From Nannocystis bainbridge (GTDB taxonomy: Bacteria > Myxococcota_A > Polyangia > Nannocystales > Nannocystaceae): a stretch of DNA of 64,000 nucleotides. The DNA lies in the NCBI RefSeq assembly GCF_028368995.1, contig NZ_JAQNDL010000001.1, positions 320,001 through 384,000 of the forward strand, in the 5' to 3' direction. The position numbers were made by a program, and so were the translations under genes. Below, piece by piece: positions 10,528 to 20,449 of this stretch. The notes under the pieces were generated by a model. That model was not told the origin of the DNA. It was given only the letters and a program-made list of their open reading frames with translations, and made no database searches. Numbering within the stretch: the first letter of the stretch is position 1; each line of letters begins with the position of its first letter.

Positions 10528-11226
10528 ATGCTCACCCAACGCCTCGCCGACTCTCGCGGCCACGCCGAACACGGCTGGCTCGACTCCCATCACACCTTCT
10601 CGTTCGCCGACTACTACGACCCGGCGCACATGGGCTTCCGCAACCTCCGCGTCATCAACGAGGACCGCGTCGAGCCCGGCCGCGGCTTCGGCACCCACCC
10701 GCACCGCGACATGGAGATCCTGTCCTACGTGCTCGAGGGCGGCCTCGAGCACCGCGACTCGATGGGCACCGGCTCGGTCATCCGCCCCGGCGACGTGCAG
10801 GTGATGAGCGCGGGCACCGGCGTCTCGCACAGCGAGTTCAACGCCTCGCACACCGAGCCCGTGCATTTCCTGCAGATCTGGCTGCTCCCCGAGCGCCGCG
10901 GCCTGAAGCCCGGCTACCAGCAGCGCAGCTTCGGCGCGGCCGACAAGGACGGCCGCCTGCGCCTGGTCGCCAGCCCGGACGGCCGCGACGACAGCGTCAC
11001 TATCCACACCGACGCCAGCATCTACGCCGGTGTGTTCGCCGCCGGCCAGCGCGCCGAGCACCCGCTCGCGTCCGGCCGCCACGCCTGGGTCCACGTCGCC
11101 CGGGGCACCGTCCGCGTCAACGGCCACGACCTCAAGGCCGGCGACGCCCTCGCCCTCTCGAACGAACCCACCGTCACCGTCGAGGGCACCAGCAGCGGCG
11201 AAGTCCTGGTCTTCGACCTCGGCTAA
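10528..11226 (+). CDS. Pirin family protein (YhhW-like)
   Basis: HGWLDSHHTFSFADYYDP, GFGTHPHRDMEI, MSAGTGVSHSE and FLQIW. Confidence 0.95.
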   Translation: MLTQRLADSRGHAEHGWLDSHHTFSFADYYDPAHMGFRNLRVINEDRVEPGRGFGTHPHRDMEILSYVLEGGLEHRDSMGTGSVIRPGDVQVMSAGTGVSHSEFNASHTEPVHFLQIWLLPERRGLKPGYQQRSFGAADKDGRLRLVASPDGRDDSVTIHTDASIYAGVFAAGQRAEHPLASGRHAWVHVARGTVRVNGHDLKAGDALALSNEPTVTVEGTSSGEVLVFDLG

Positions 11227-11231
11227 CCGAA

Positions 11232-11273
11232 TGTCCGTGAGGACATGCTCCACAGAGCATGTCCTCACGGACA
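11232..11273. repeat. Array of three 14-bp units
   Basis: tgtccgtgaggaca tgctccacagagca tgtcctcacggaca, 5 bp after the pirin stop. Confidence 0.9.
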
Positions 11274-11483
11274 GCTTTATATTTCGCTTTCCAGCACCCG
11301 GCGAGAACTCCGGGCGAGGAATCCCGAGCAAGGCTCCGAGCGAGGAACTCCGGGTGAGAAGCGCCGCGAGCTCCCAGCGTGGCAGTGGACGCGCGAGGCA
11401 CCGGCGCCGCCGAAGTCGGCGGTCACGAGCACCCACGTCAGATCGCCCCCCTGCGCGCGTAGAGTCCGCGAGAGGCTCCCCGC

Positions 11484-12155
11484 ATGCGGAATTGGCTCGC
11501 GCTCGCCCTCCTCGGCTTCCTCGTCCTCGGCGCCTGGTGGTTCACGCGCACGGCTCCACGTGCGGGCGAAGCCGTGGTCCGGGCCGATACACCGGCCCAG
11601 CCGATCGCCGAGGCTGCGCAGCGGCGGACCCTGCTCGACGACCCCGCGCCCGCGCGAGCTCATCGCCTGCGCGAAGGCACCGCCCGGCGCGAGGCCATGC
11701 AGCGCCAGATCGTCGCCGCCATGGCCGCGCGCGACGCCGCGGCAGGCCCCCCGCGCACCGCCGGCGATCCCGCTCGCGGCGGCCTGGCGCGCGCGCAGCC
11801 GACCGAGGACGCCCCCGCCGGCGCCATCGTCGACCGCACCGGCAACCACGCCTACCTCACTCGCGTGCTGAGCCAGGACCTCATGCCGCTGGTCGACGAG
11901 TGCCACGCGCTCGTCCGCGAGGCGCACCCCGATCTCGCCGGCATGCTCGTGCTCGACCTCGAGCTCCTCGGCGACGAGGACATCGGCGGCGTCATCAACA
12001 CCCTCGAGCCCGGCAAGGGCAACGAGATCGCCGAGCCGGCCCTGCTCGAGTGCGTACGCGAGTCGCTGCTCGCCACCACCCTGCCCCCGCCCGAACAGGG
12101 CGGCCGCGACGCCGTCTCGCTGTCGATGCGCTTCGACCCACCGACGAGCGAGTGA
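11484..12155 (+). CDS. Membrane-anchored hypothetical protein with an AgmX/PglI C-terminal-like domain
   Basis: N-terminal TM helix; C-terminal ECH..GMLVLDL..ECVRE..LPPP.GG..SMRF pattern. Confidence 0.6.
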   Translation: MRNWLALALLGFLVLGAWWFTRTAPRAGEAVVRADTPAQPIAEAAQRRTLLDDPAPARAHRLREGTARREAMQRQIVAAMAARDAAAGPPRTAGDPARGGLARAQPTEDAPAGAIVDRTGNHAYLTRVLSQDLMPLVDECHALVREAHPDLAGMLVLDLELLGDEDIGGVINTLEPGKGNEIAEPALLECVRESLLATTLPPPEQGGRDAVSLSMRFDPPTSE

Positions 12156-12266
12156 AGACCGCGCCGCCCTGCACCGGCGCGCCTCTCCCCGCCGCCCCGG
12201 AGCACCGAGGCCCGCACGCCGCTGACATGACCGCGAGACCATGCCCATGCACCCGCCGCGTCGTGA

Positions 12267-12294
12267 TGTCCGAACGGTCATGTCCCAAAGGACA
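12267..12294. repeat. Two 14-bp units
   Basis: tgtccgaacggtca tgtcccaaaggaca, next to the hemW stop. Confidence 0.8.
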
Positions 12295-12300
12295 TGACCA

Positions 12301-13479
12301 TCACGCCAGCAGGTCGGCTGCCACCGCGTCGTGCCAGTACCAGCGGCCCGGCGCGATCCGCAGCACCTGCCCCTCCGCCGCCCACTCGAGGTTCCCGCGC
12401 GCCACTTGGCGGCGCGTGCGGTGCTCGATCCACCCGCGCGTCACCGCAGGGAACCGGCGCAGGTACGCCCCCACGTCGAGCCCCCGGAGGTCGCGCAGGC
12501 CCGTCCACAGCCCCTCGATCGCCGCCGCCTCCGGCGTCAGGCGCTCCGCCTCCGCCGGCGTGCCCGGGTCCGCCAGCCACGTCGGCAGCCCGCGCACATT
12601 GCCGCGGCGCAGCACCGACCCGTCGGCGAAGTAGCGGGCCGAGTGGGCCGACGGCCCGAGCCCGAGGTAGTCCTGCCACGTCCAGTACAGCAGGTTGTGC
12701 TGTGCCTCCGCGCCTGCGCGCGCATAGCTGGCCACCTCGTAGTGCTGCAGCCCCGCCGAGGTCAGCGCCTGCTCGGCCGCGGCCAGCATGTCGGCCTGGT
12801 GATCGCTGTCGGGCAGGCGTCGCTTGCCGCGGCGGACCAGCGTCGGCCACGGCGTATCGGCCTCGATCGTCAGCGCGTACACCGACACGTGCTCCGCGCC
12901 CGCCTGCGTCAGCCGGGCCACATCGGCCTGCACGCCCGCCGCCGTCTGCCCTGGCCAGCCCACGATCAGATCGGCGCTCACCCGCAGCCCCGCCTCCACC
13001 GCCGCTGCGATCGAAGCCAGCGCCTGCTCCGGCGAGTGGACCCGCCCGAGCGTGCGCAGCCCCTCCGCCTCGGTGCTCTGCGTCCCCAGCGACACCCGCG
13101 TGCCGCCGATCGCCCGCACCGCCGCGTACAGCGAGGGGTCACCGTGCTCGGGGTTCACCTCGACCGTGAACTCGCGCGCCCCGGCCCCCGGGAACCGGCG
13201 CGCCAGCCACTCGCCCAGTTGCGCCAGCCCGGCCGGCCCGAGCAGGCTCGGTGTCCCGCCGCCGAGGTACACCGTCGACCATGGCGCATCGGCCAGGTCC
13301 GAATCGCCAGGTCCTTCGGGACATGTCCATTCCGCCAGCTCTTGCCCCCGCCCGCTCGCCTCGCGCTCGAGCCCGGCGATGAACCCCGCGACGTCCGGCG
13401 TGCGTCCGACCTGGAAGTCGAAGTCGCAGTACGGGCAGGCCCGGGCGCAGAACGGCACGTGGACGTAGATCCCCCGCAT
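12301..13479 (-). CDS. hemW: Radical SAM heme chaperone HemW
   Basis: IYVHVPFCARACPYCDF (CxxxCxxC), YLGGGTPS, and the HNLLYW motif that distinguishes HemW from HemN. Confidence 0.88.
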   Translation of the reverse strand: MRGIYVHVPFCARACPYCDFDFQVGRTPDVAGFIAGLEREASGRGQELAEWTCPEGPGDSDLADAPWSTVYLGGGTPSLLGPAGLAQLGEWLARRFPGAGAREFTVEVNPEHGDPSLYAAVRAIGGTRVSLGTQSTEAEGLRTLGRVHSPEQALASIAAAVEAGLRVSADLIVGWPGQTAAGVQADVARLTQAGAEHVSVYALTIEADTPWPTLVRRGKRRLPDSDHQADMLAAAEQALTSAGLQHYEVASYARAGAEAQHNLLYWTWQDYLGLGPSAHSARYFADGSVLRRGNVRGLPTWLADPGTPAEAERLTPEAAAIEGLWTGLRDLRGLDVGAYLRRFPAVTRGWIEHRTRRQVARGNLEWAAEGQVLRIAPGRWYWHDAVAADLLA

Positions 13480-13644
13480 CGACGCCCTCCTCATGACCCC
13501 GCCGGCGCGCGCCGTCCAGCGACCGCGCGCGCACGGCCGCCCGCCGCGGGTCTGCCCGGCCACCGATCCCTCGGGACCCGCGCCCGCGAGCCCGCCGCCG
13601 CGCAGCAGCCCGGGCCGGCTCGCCGACCCCCCCGGGCCCGCACC

Positions 13645-13728
13645 TGGCTCCAAGAACATGCACTCTCGGCCATGCCCGGGCGGACATGTCCCTTCGGGCA
13701 TGCCCGAGAGGACCTGCGCGAACGGCCA
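13645..13728. repeat. Array of six 14-bp units
   Basis: tggctccaagaaca tgcactctcggcca tgcccgggcggaca tgtcccttcgggca tgcccgagaggacc tgcgcgaacggcca. Confidence 0.9.
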
Positions 13729-13734
13729 GCCGGG

Positions 13735-14448
13735 CTACACGTCGGAGACGAGCGCGGCGAAGTCGGCGCCGTGGGGAACATCGTCGTAGAGCTCGACCCC
13801 GCCGTCGGCGCGGAAGCGGGCCGCCACGCCGCGCCACCACCAGTGGGGCAGCGTCTCGAGGTCGACGCCGGCCGAGCGGAGCAGGCTGGCCTGGGCCTCG
13901 ACGGTCTCGAGGCTGGACGGGTGGAACGGCTGGCCGAGGCCGCGCATCTGCAGGCCGAGGCGGCGCGACGAGCGGAGCGGCGTCGCCTCCTCGAGCCACT
14001 CTTGCGCCGACACGAAGGCGCGGCGGGCGATGCCGATGTCGGGGAACTCGAAGATGTGGCCGTGGACCACCAGCTCCTCGCCGAGCAGCACCGCCAGGCG
14101 GGCCGAGTACATCGACAGCAGCTGCTCGTAGACCGCCAGCGAGCTGCCCATGCGCGAGACCGCGTCGGCGCGGACCAGTGCCACCACCTCTTCGGCGCTG
14201 GCGTAGGCGAACGACACGTTGTGCGACTGCAGCAGACCGATGCCCGCGCGCACCGTGAGGCGGGCGAGCTCCGAGTCGAGCGGGTCGTTGGCGCGGGCGC
14301 GCATCTCGAGCAGGCGCGCCACGCCCTCGGGGCGCGGCGCGAACTGCATCACCAGACGGAACCCCGGCATCGGCTCGTGATCGCCGAGTACACGGAAGGC
14401 GGAGAACTTACCCCAGGTGTGATTGCCTTGGACCTCGACGCTCTGCAT
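13735..14448 (-). CDS. Divergent Thg1-like (tRNA-His guanylyltransferase fold) protein
   Basis: DPLD (cf. PFD), FAYASAEEV (cf. AYxQSDEIS) and GVDLETLPHWWWRGV (cf. GINxxxLPxWxxRG); length fits bacterial TLPs. Confidence 0.6.
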   Translation of the reverse strand: MQSVEVQGNHTWGKFSAFRVLGDHEPMPGFRLVMQFAPRPEGVARLLEMRARANDPLDSELARLTVRAGIGLLQSHNVSFAYASAEEVVALVRADAVSRMGSSLAVYEQLLSMYSARLAVLLGEELVVHGHIFEFPDIGIARRAFVSAQEWLEEATPLRSSRRLGLQMRGLGQPFHPSSLETVEAQASLLRSAGVDLETLPHWWWRGVAARFRADGGVELYDDVPHGADFAALVSDV

Positions 14449-14516
14449 CGGCTATCTCGTCTCGCCCGTCGCCCGCTTCGTGTGTCGCTGCTGTCTCTGG
14501 CCGGCGGATGGCCCGC

Positions 14517-16091
14517 CTACCTCATCGAGAACATCGTGTACGCGACGTAGCCGAGCCCACCGAGCCCGAACAGCACGAGGATCCACGTGATGGCCGCGCT
14601 GCCCTGCTTGGTCTGCTCGGCCATGATGCCGTGCCCGAAGCTGGTGCTCGTCGCGCCCGGATCGACCACCGGGATCGACACCGTCGACATCGCCGGGCTC
14701 TGCTTGGTCGCCATCGAGCGGCCCGCGGACAGCGAGCGGTTGGCCCCCGTCGGCGCGCGGCGCGGGCCGGAGCCGGTGCTCTGGCCGGCGCTCGGCGTCA
14801 GCGTCTTGTGGCGGCTCGACGGCGTCTTGCGATGGTTGCGGCGCGCGCCGGCCACCGCCGCCGCCTCGGACGCCGCGCGCTGGCTGCGGGTCGTCGGCGC
14901 CGAGCCGGTCGGCGGCTTCTGCTGCGCCTGCTGCTGCTGCTGCTGCGCGACCTGCTGCAGCCGCTGCGCCTCGGCGAGCACCGCGTCGAGGTTGCCGATC
15001 GTCATCGACTTCTTGCTGCGCGTGTCGGACTGCGCCGGCTTGGCCCAGTCGGGCGCGTCGTCGCGGTTGTCCTGCTGCGAGTCGAGGCGGTCGAACTGGT
15101 CGAAGTCGAGGGCCTCGTCGGCGAGGTCGTCGTAGAGGTCGTCGTAGTTGACCTCGGCCGGCGCGCCCTCGCCGAACATCTCGGCCATGTAGTTGGAGAG
15201 GATGCGCGGCGTGCTGCGGATGCCCGACTCTTCCGTGAACCGCTCGAGGTCACGGAACATGTGGTCGCAGTTCTGGTAGCGCTCGGCCGGGTCGACCTCG
15301 AGCGCCTTCATGATGATCGCCTCGAGCGCCGGCGGGAACTCGGGGTCGACGAACGTCGGCGCCGGGATGTCGCCCTCGACGATGCGATTGGCGACCTCCT
15401 CGGCGGCGCCGCGGAACAGTCGCCGGCCGAGGCACATCTCGTAGAGCACCACGCCGAGCGCGAAGATGTCGGCGCGGGCGTCGATCGGGTGGCCGAGCAC
15501 CTGCTCCGGGGCCATGTAGGCCAGCTTGCCGGCGAACTGACCCTCGCCGCCCTGCACGCTCGCGCGCGTGGCCGCGATGCCGAAGTCGACGATCTTGCAG
15601 GTGCCGTCGTAGCCGACGTGGATGTTGGTCGGGTTGATGTCGCGGTGACACAGCCCGAGCAGGCGCCCGCGGTCGTCGGCGCGCGAGTGGACGTAATACA
15701 GCCCCTCGAGCCCCTGCATGATGATGCCGAGCGAGATCTCCAGCGGCAGCCGCAGCCCCGTCTTGGCCGACTTGCGCAGGACCGCGACCAGCTCCTGACC
15801 CTTCAGGAGCTCCATGGCGATGAAGTACTCGCCTCCCATCTCGCCGAGGTCGTAGGTGTGCACCACGTTCTGGTGCGTCAGCGTGGCGGCGACCCGGGCC
15901 TCGTCGAGGAACATCCGCACGACGTTCGGCCGTTCGGCGAACTCCTCGCGCAGCCGCTTGATCACCAGCTCCTTGGCGAACCCCTCGATGCCGGAGTACG
16001 TGGCCCGATAGATCTCGGCCATGCCGCCGGTAGCGATGTGCTCGACCAGCACATACTTGTCGCCGAAGGGCGTTGGCTCAATGTTGCTCAA
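14517..16091 (-). CDS. Membrane-anchored Ser/Thr protein kinase
   Basis: IATGGMAEIY, LVIKR, HRDINPTN, DFG and YMAPE; poly-Q linker; C-terminal TM helix; TTG start. Confidence 0.93.
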   Translation of the reverse strand: MSNIEPTPFGDKYVLVEHIATGGMAEIYRATYSGIEGFAKELVIKRLREEFAERPNVVRMFLDEARVAATLTHQNVVHTYDLGEMGGEYFIAMELLKGQELVAVLRKSAKTGLRLPLEISLGIIMQGLEGLYYVHSRADDRGRLLGLCHRDINPTNIHVGYDGTCKIVDFGIAATRASVQGGEGQFAGKLAYMAPEQVLGHPIDARADIFALGVVLYEMCLGRRLFRGAAEEVANRIVEGDIPAPTFVDPEFPPALEAIIMKALEVDPAERYQNCDHMFRDLERFTEESGIRSTPRILSNYMAEMFGEGAPAEVNYDDLYDDLADEALDFDQFDRLDSQQDNRDDAPDWAKPAQSDTRSKKSMTIGNLDAVLAEAQRLQQVAQQQQQQAQQKPPTGSAPTTRSQRAASEAAAVAGARRNHRKTPSSRHKTLTPSAGQSTGSGPRRAPTGANRSLSAGRSMATKQSPAMSTVSIPVVDPGATSTSFGHGIMAEQTKQGSAAITWILVLFGLGGLGYVAYTMFSMR

Positions 16092-16320
16092 GGCGGCCCC
16101 AGATTAACGGATCTGCGATCTGTCGCCAAGCCCCGGCGGCCGCCCGCGCCGTCAGGCCACGGCGTCGCCGATAAAGCCGCGGCCTTGCGGCGAAATCCCG
16201 GCGGCGGCGGCCCGGACCCGGCGGGCCGCGCCGCGGGGGCCCGCGGTTGCGCCCGGGCCGCAACCGGGATCGCGCACGCTCGCGGGTGGGCGGGTGCCCA
16301 CCTGTCGGGGCGGTCCGGCG

Positions 16321-17370
16321 TCAGTCTCGTTCGGGCTTCAAGTCGCGCTGCATCAGCGCCGCCACGGCCCGCCGCACGCTCATGCCCTCGTAGAGGATCG
16401 CGTGCATGATCTGGGTGATCGGCATCTCGACCTGCTCGCGCTGGGCCAGGCGATGGGCGCTGAGCGTGTTGTTGACGCCCTCGGCGACCATCCCCATCTC
16501 GTCGAGGATCTCCTGCAACGCCCGACCCTGCCCGAGCGCCAGCCCGACCCTGCGATTGCGCGACAGACCGCCAGTGCAGGTGAGCACGAGGTCGCCGAGC
16601 CCGGCGAGCCCCGACAGCGTGACGGGGTCGGCGCCGAGGGCGATGCACAGCCGGCCGATCTCCGCCAGCCCGCGCGTGATCAGAGCCGCGCGCGCGTTCT
16701 GTCCCAGGCCCGCGCCGTCGCACACGCCGGCCGCCAGCGCGATCACGTTCTTGAACGCCCCGCCGAGCTCGACCCCGACGACGTCGTCCGTCACGTAGAC
16801 CCGCAGCCCGTCGCCGCTCATCCACTGCTGGATCGCCGCCGCCGCCGCCGCGTCGGCGCTGGCGATCACCACCGCCGTCGGCAGCCCGCGCGCCACCTCG
16901 GCGGCGAAGCTCGGCCCGCCGAGCACCGCCATCCGCTCCGCATGTTCTTTGGGCAATGTCCCCGAGACCACGTCGGCCATGGTCTGCAAGCTGTCGATCT
17001 CGACCCCCTTGGCGGCCACCAGGTAGTACGGCCGCGGCCCCGCCTCGCCCGCCCCCGCCAGCGCCGCGCGCACCTGCTGCAGCGTGGCCCGCAGCCCATG
17101 GCTGGGGATCGCCAGGATCACGAAGCCCGCGCCCGCGAGCGCGCGCCCGAGGTCGTGCTCGACCGCGAGGTTGTCCGGGAACGGGAACTCGGCCAGGTAG
17201 CGGGCGTTGACGCGGGCGGCCGCCATCGCCTCCCAGTGCTCGACGCTGCGGGTCCACAGCCGCACCGACAGCCCGCGGCGAGCGCAGTGGAGGGCCAGCG
17301 CGGTGCCCCAGCTACCGGCGCCGAGCACGGCGACCGTCGGTGACGGGAGGGACCCGGGAGCGTTCGTCAT
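16321..17370 (-). CDS. gpsA: NAD(P)H-dependent glycerol-3-phosphate dehydrogenase
   Basis: GAGSWGTALA, GPSFA.EV, GVELGGAFKNVIA and GLGDLVLTC..SRN. Confidence 0.96.
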   Translation of the reverse strand: MTNAPGSLPSPTVAVLGAGSWGTALALHCARRGLSVRLWTRSVEHWEAMAAARVNARYLAEFPFPDNLAVEHDLGRALAGAGFVILAIPSHGLRATLQQVRAALAGAGEAGPRPYYLVAAKGVEIDSLQTMADVVSGTLPKEHAERMAVLGGPSFAAEVARGLPTAVVIASADAAAAAAIQQWMSGDGLRVYVTDDVVGVELGGAFKNVIALAAGVCDGAGLGQNARAALITRGLAEIGRLCIALGADPVTLSGLAGLGDLVLTCTGGLSRNRRVGLALGQGRALQEILDEMGMVAEGVNNTLSAHRLAQREQVEMPITQIMHAILYEGMSVRRAVAALMQRDLKPERD

Positions 17371-17397
17371 CGCCTCTGGTTTTACACCGCGCCCGCG

Positions 17398-17832
17398 TCA
17401 GCGCGCGACCGTCGGGAACGCCGCCCGCAGCTCCTCGGGCACGCGCGCCAGCGACTGGCCGGCGATCTTGACGAACACCCAGCGGGTCTCGGCGGTCGCC
17501 AGCACCGCCCTGTCGGCCGGGCGCACGATCTCGTAGCGGCGCAGCGAGTGGATCTTCCCCATCTCGGTCACCCACGTGCGGACGACCACGGCGTCGCCGA
17601 GGCGGGCCGGGCGGAGGTACTCGATAGCGTGCGCGCGCACCACCCACGTCGCACCGAGCTCGCGGTAGCGCGCGAACGGCCAGCCCAGCGCGACCGAGTG
17701 GGCCTTCGCGGCCGTCTGCGTCCACGCCAGGTAGTGGAGGTTGTTGACGTGGTCGAGCTCGTCGATCTCGTCCGGCGTGACGCCATGCGGGTGATCGAAC
17801 ACGCCCGGGATCGCCGTGAGGTCGGCCGTCAT
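17398..17832 (-). CDS. Acyl-CoA thioesterase (4HBT/YbgC hot-dog fold)
   Basis: IDELDHVNNLHYL and IEYLRPA.LGD. Confidence 0.88.
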   Translation of the reverse strand: MTADLTAIPGVFDHPHGVTPDEIDELDHVNNLHYLAWTQTAAKAHSVALGWPFARYRELGATWVVRAHAIEYLRPARLGDAVVVRTWVTEMGKIHSLRRYEIVRPADRAVLATAETRWVFVKIAGQSLARVPEELRAAFPTVAR

Positions 17833-18104
17833 GCGGCGCGAGTAGAGCACGGCCCGCGGCGCGGGCGCGAGCCGCTCAGCGCGGCGCGCCTTCGGCTGCG
17901 GGCCGCTGCGGGCTCAGCACCTGCGTCGTCGCGTGGTGCGAGGCGATCCCGCCGGGCACCCGCCGGATCGCGTCGACGTCGAACACCTTCTGCGCCGCCG
18001 GTCGCGGCCCCGCCTGTACCCCACCCATGGCGCGAAGCTAGCTGCGCGGCGGCTCCGCGCGCAAGGTCGGCTGGTGGAGGCAGAGCGCCCTCGCTCGCGC
18101 CTGC

Positions 18105-19112
18105 GTGCTAGCGTCGGCCTCGACCTCGCCGCCGATGCTCCCGCCGCTGTACGGCCGCTGGATCTCCGACCTGCTCGGAGGGCCATTACCCGAAGAACAG
18201 GCCGCGACCTGCGGCGACTGCGTGCAGTGTCACAGCCACGTGCCCGAGGGCTACCGGTTCGCCGACGCCACCAAGTGCTGCACCTACGTCCCGGCGCTGC
18301 CCAACTTCCTCGTCGGCGGCGGGCTCAAGGCCGGCTCGCTCGCGGGGCGTGAGCGCCTGCTGCGACGCATGGTCGCGCAGCCGGACAGCATCACCCCGCA
18401 CGGGCTCGACGCCACCGAGGACGAGCGCGGCCGCTACCGCGACATCCTCGCTGCCGAGCAATTCGGCCGCGACCCGTCCCTGTTCTGCCCCTACTACATC
18501 GACGAGGCCGGCGGCCTGTGCGGCGTGTGGCGCAATCGCAACGGCATCTGCGCCACCTGGTACTGCAAGCACGATCGCGGCGCCGCCGGCCAGCGGTTCT
18601 GGCAGGCGCTCGAGGTCCTGCTCACCGCCGTCGAGCGCGAGCTCAGCCACTGGTGCGCCTGCACGATCTTGTTCGAGGAGACCCCGCAGGTCGAAGACGG
18701 CGAGTCGGCGTGGAGCTGGTGGTCGGGCCGCGAGGCCGAGTTCTTCCGCCGCGCCGCCGAGCTGGTCGAGGCCCTCGAATGGTCGCAGGTCGAGGCCCAG
18801 ATCGGCGCCGCGATCGAGACCCAGCTCGGCGAGCTGCTGGCCGCCCACGCCGCGCTCGCCGGCCCGCTGCCTGACTCCCTGCAGCTCGGCACGATCCGCG
18901 TCTCGCACCGCGGCGACGAGCGCAGCCGCGTCGTCACCTACCTCGACACCGACGCCCTCGAGCTGCCGACCGCCCTGCTCGACCTCCTGCCCCGCTTCGA
19001 CGGCCGCCCCACCGGCGCCGTGCTCGCCGAGCTGCGCGCCCTCGGCGTCGAGGTCTCCCCGGCCCTGCTGCGCATGCTGGTCGACTTCGAGCTGCTCACC
19101 GACGCGGCCTGA
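18105..19112 (+). CDS. Cys-cluster protein (YkgJ/CxxCxxCC-like, putative metal-binding)
   Basis: CGDCVQC, TKCCTY, CPYY..GLCGVW..R..ICATWYC; alternative ATG at 18135. Confidence 0.6.
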   Translation: MLASASTSPPMLPPLYGRWISDLLGGPLPEEQAATCGDCVQCHSHVPEGYRFADATKCCTYVPALPNFLVGGGLKAGSLAGRERLLRRMVAQPDSITPHGLDATEDERGRYRDILAAEQFGRDPSLFCPYYIDEAGGLCGVWRNRNGICATWYCKHDRGAAGQRFWQALEVLLTAVERELSHWCACTILFEETPQVEDGESAWSWWSGREAEFFRRAAELVEALEWSQVEAQIGAAIETQLGELLAAHAALAGPLPDSLQLGTIRVSHRGDERSRVVTYLDTDALELPTALLDLLPRFDGRPTGAVLAELRALGVEVSPALLRMLVDFELLTDAA

Positions 19113-19165
19113 ACATTCGGACATGCGCGATGAGACATGCCTGAAAAGGCATGCACTTTTGGACA
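19110..19165. repeat. Array of four 14-bp units beginning at the stop codon
   Basis: tgaacattcggaca tgcgcgatgagaca tgcctgaaaaggca tgcacttttggaca. Confidence 0.88.
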
Positions 19166-19522
19166 TACGGTCTGCGGCACCCTCGTGACCTGCGCACGCG
19201 CTCCCCCGAATGATCGCCGTCGCTGACCTTTGCGGCCCACCATCGGACCCGCGCGATCGATCCCTCCCGGCGGCATGAGAGGTTCGGGCCGACCTGGACC
19301 TCGCTCATCGCTGCACGAGGTTTCCCCTCTCTGCCCGCCGCGCCCGCCTGTCGGGACCGCGGCGCATGCGGCGACCGCTCCCCCGGACTGGGCCCCGGCT
19401 CTCGAGCGCCTCTCGTCCCTGGCGCGCATCACCGCCGTCGCCAGGCCAGCATCGAAGACCTTCCGCCGCCACCTCTTCGCGGCGGTGACCGCGACGCGCG
19501 GATCTGTTAGGATGCGCGCGCT

Positions 19523-20167
19523 GTGGCGCTGTCCCTCCGGACATCCTCACCTGTCCTCCTCGCCGGCCTCCTCGCCTGCGGGGACGCTGGCGAGCCCGCG
19601 ACCCCGGTCGTCGCCAGCACCGGCGACGTACCGGCTGACCCCGTGGCCCCGGCCGACCCCCCGCCGGCGCCCGACCCCTTCGCCGCCGAGGGCATCGAGG
19701 CTGCGCGCCCGGGGCTGCGCTTCGGCTGGCCGGTCGAGAGCCCGCACATCACCTCGTACTTCGGCTGGCGCACCAACCCGATGACGGGCGTCGGCACCAA
19801 GCTGCACCGCGGCCTCGACCTGCGCGGCGGGATCGGCGACCTGATCCTCAGCATCGGTCCTGGCGTGGTCCAGTTCGCCGGTCAGGACCTGCTGCTCGGC
19901 AACCTCGTGATCATCGACCACGGCCTCGGCGTCACCTCCTACTACGGGCACATGCACGACATCCTGGTCCACGTCGGCCTGCCCGTCGATCGTGGCACCG
20001 CCCTCGGCCTCGTCGGCAACACTGGCCGCAGCGAGGCCCCGCACCTGCACCTCACCGTCAAGATCGGCGCCCTCGCCGTCGACCCGCTGTGGCTGATCGG
20101 CGCCCCGCTCCACGGCTACCCCGGCCTGCCCGCGCTCGCCGAGGCCGACACCGACGCCGAGTACTAG
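19523..20167 (+). CDS. M23 family metallopeptidase lipoprotein
   Basis: LLAC lipobox; HRGLD, YGH and GNTGRS..PHLH. Confidence 0.92.
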   Translation: MALSLRTSSPVLLAGLLACGDAGEPATPVVASTGDVPADPVAPADPPPAPDPFAAEGIEAARPGLRFGWPVESPHITSYFGWRTNPMTGVGTKLHRGLDLRGGIGDLILSIGPGVVQFAGQDLLLGNLVIIDHGLGVTSYYGHMHDILVHVGLPVDRGTALGLVGNTGRSEAPHLHLTVKIGALAVDPLWLIGAPLHGYPGLPALAEADTDAEY

Positions 20168-20234
20168 CTCTCGGGACATGCCCTCCGGCGCATGTCCAGA
20201 CGGACATGCACTTATGGACATGTCTTGAGAACCA
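20165..20234. repeat. Array of five 14-bp units beginning at the stop codon
   Basis: tagctctcgggaca tgccctccggcgca tgtccagacggaca tgcacttatggaca tgtcttgagaacca. Confidence 0.88.
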
Positions 20235-20449
20235 CCTGTGCCCGCTGACCGCGCGGACACGGCGCGCCACACCTCGTCCGAAGGCGCGCCGGAGGTTCGT
20301 TCGCCGAGCTCGCGCATCGGCGCCAGCTCGACGGCCGCGGTTCCACTCCCGGGAAACGGACCAGGGCCGACTCGCCGAACGCCCGCATCAGCGCGAACCC
20401 GGGGGCGCCCTCATTGAACACGCGCCCCGGCGCCAGCCCACGTCGCGCT

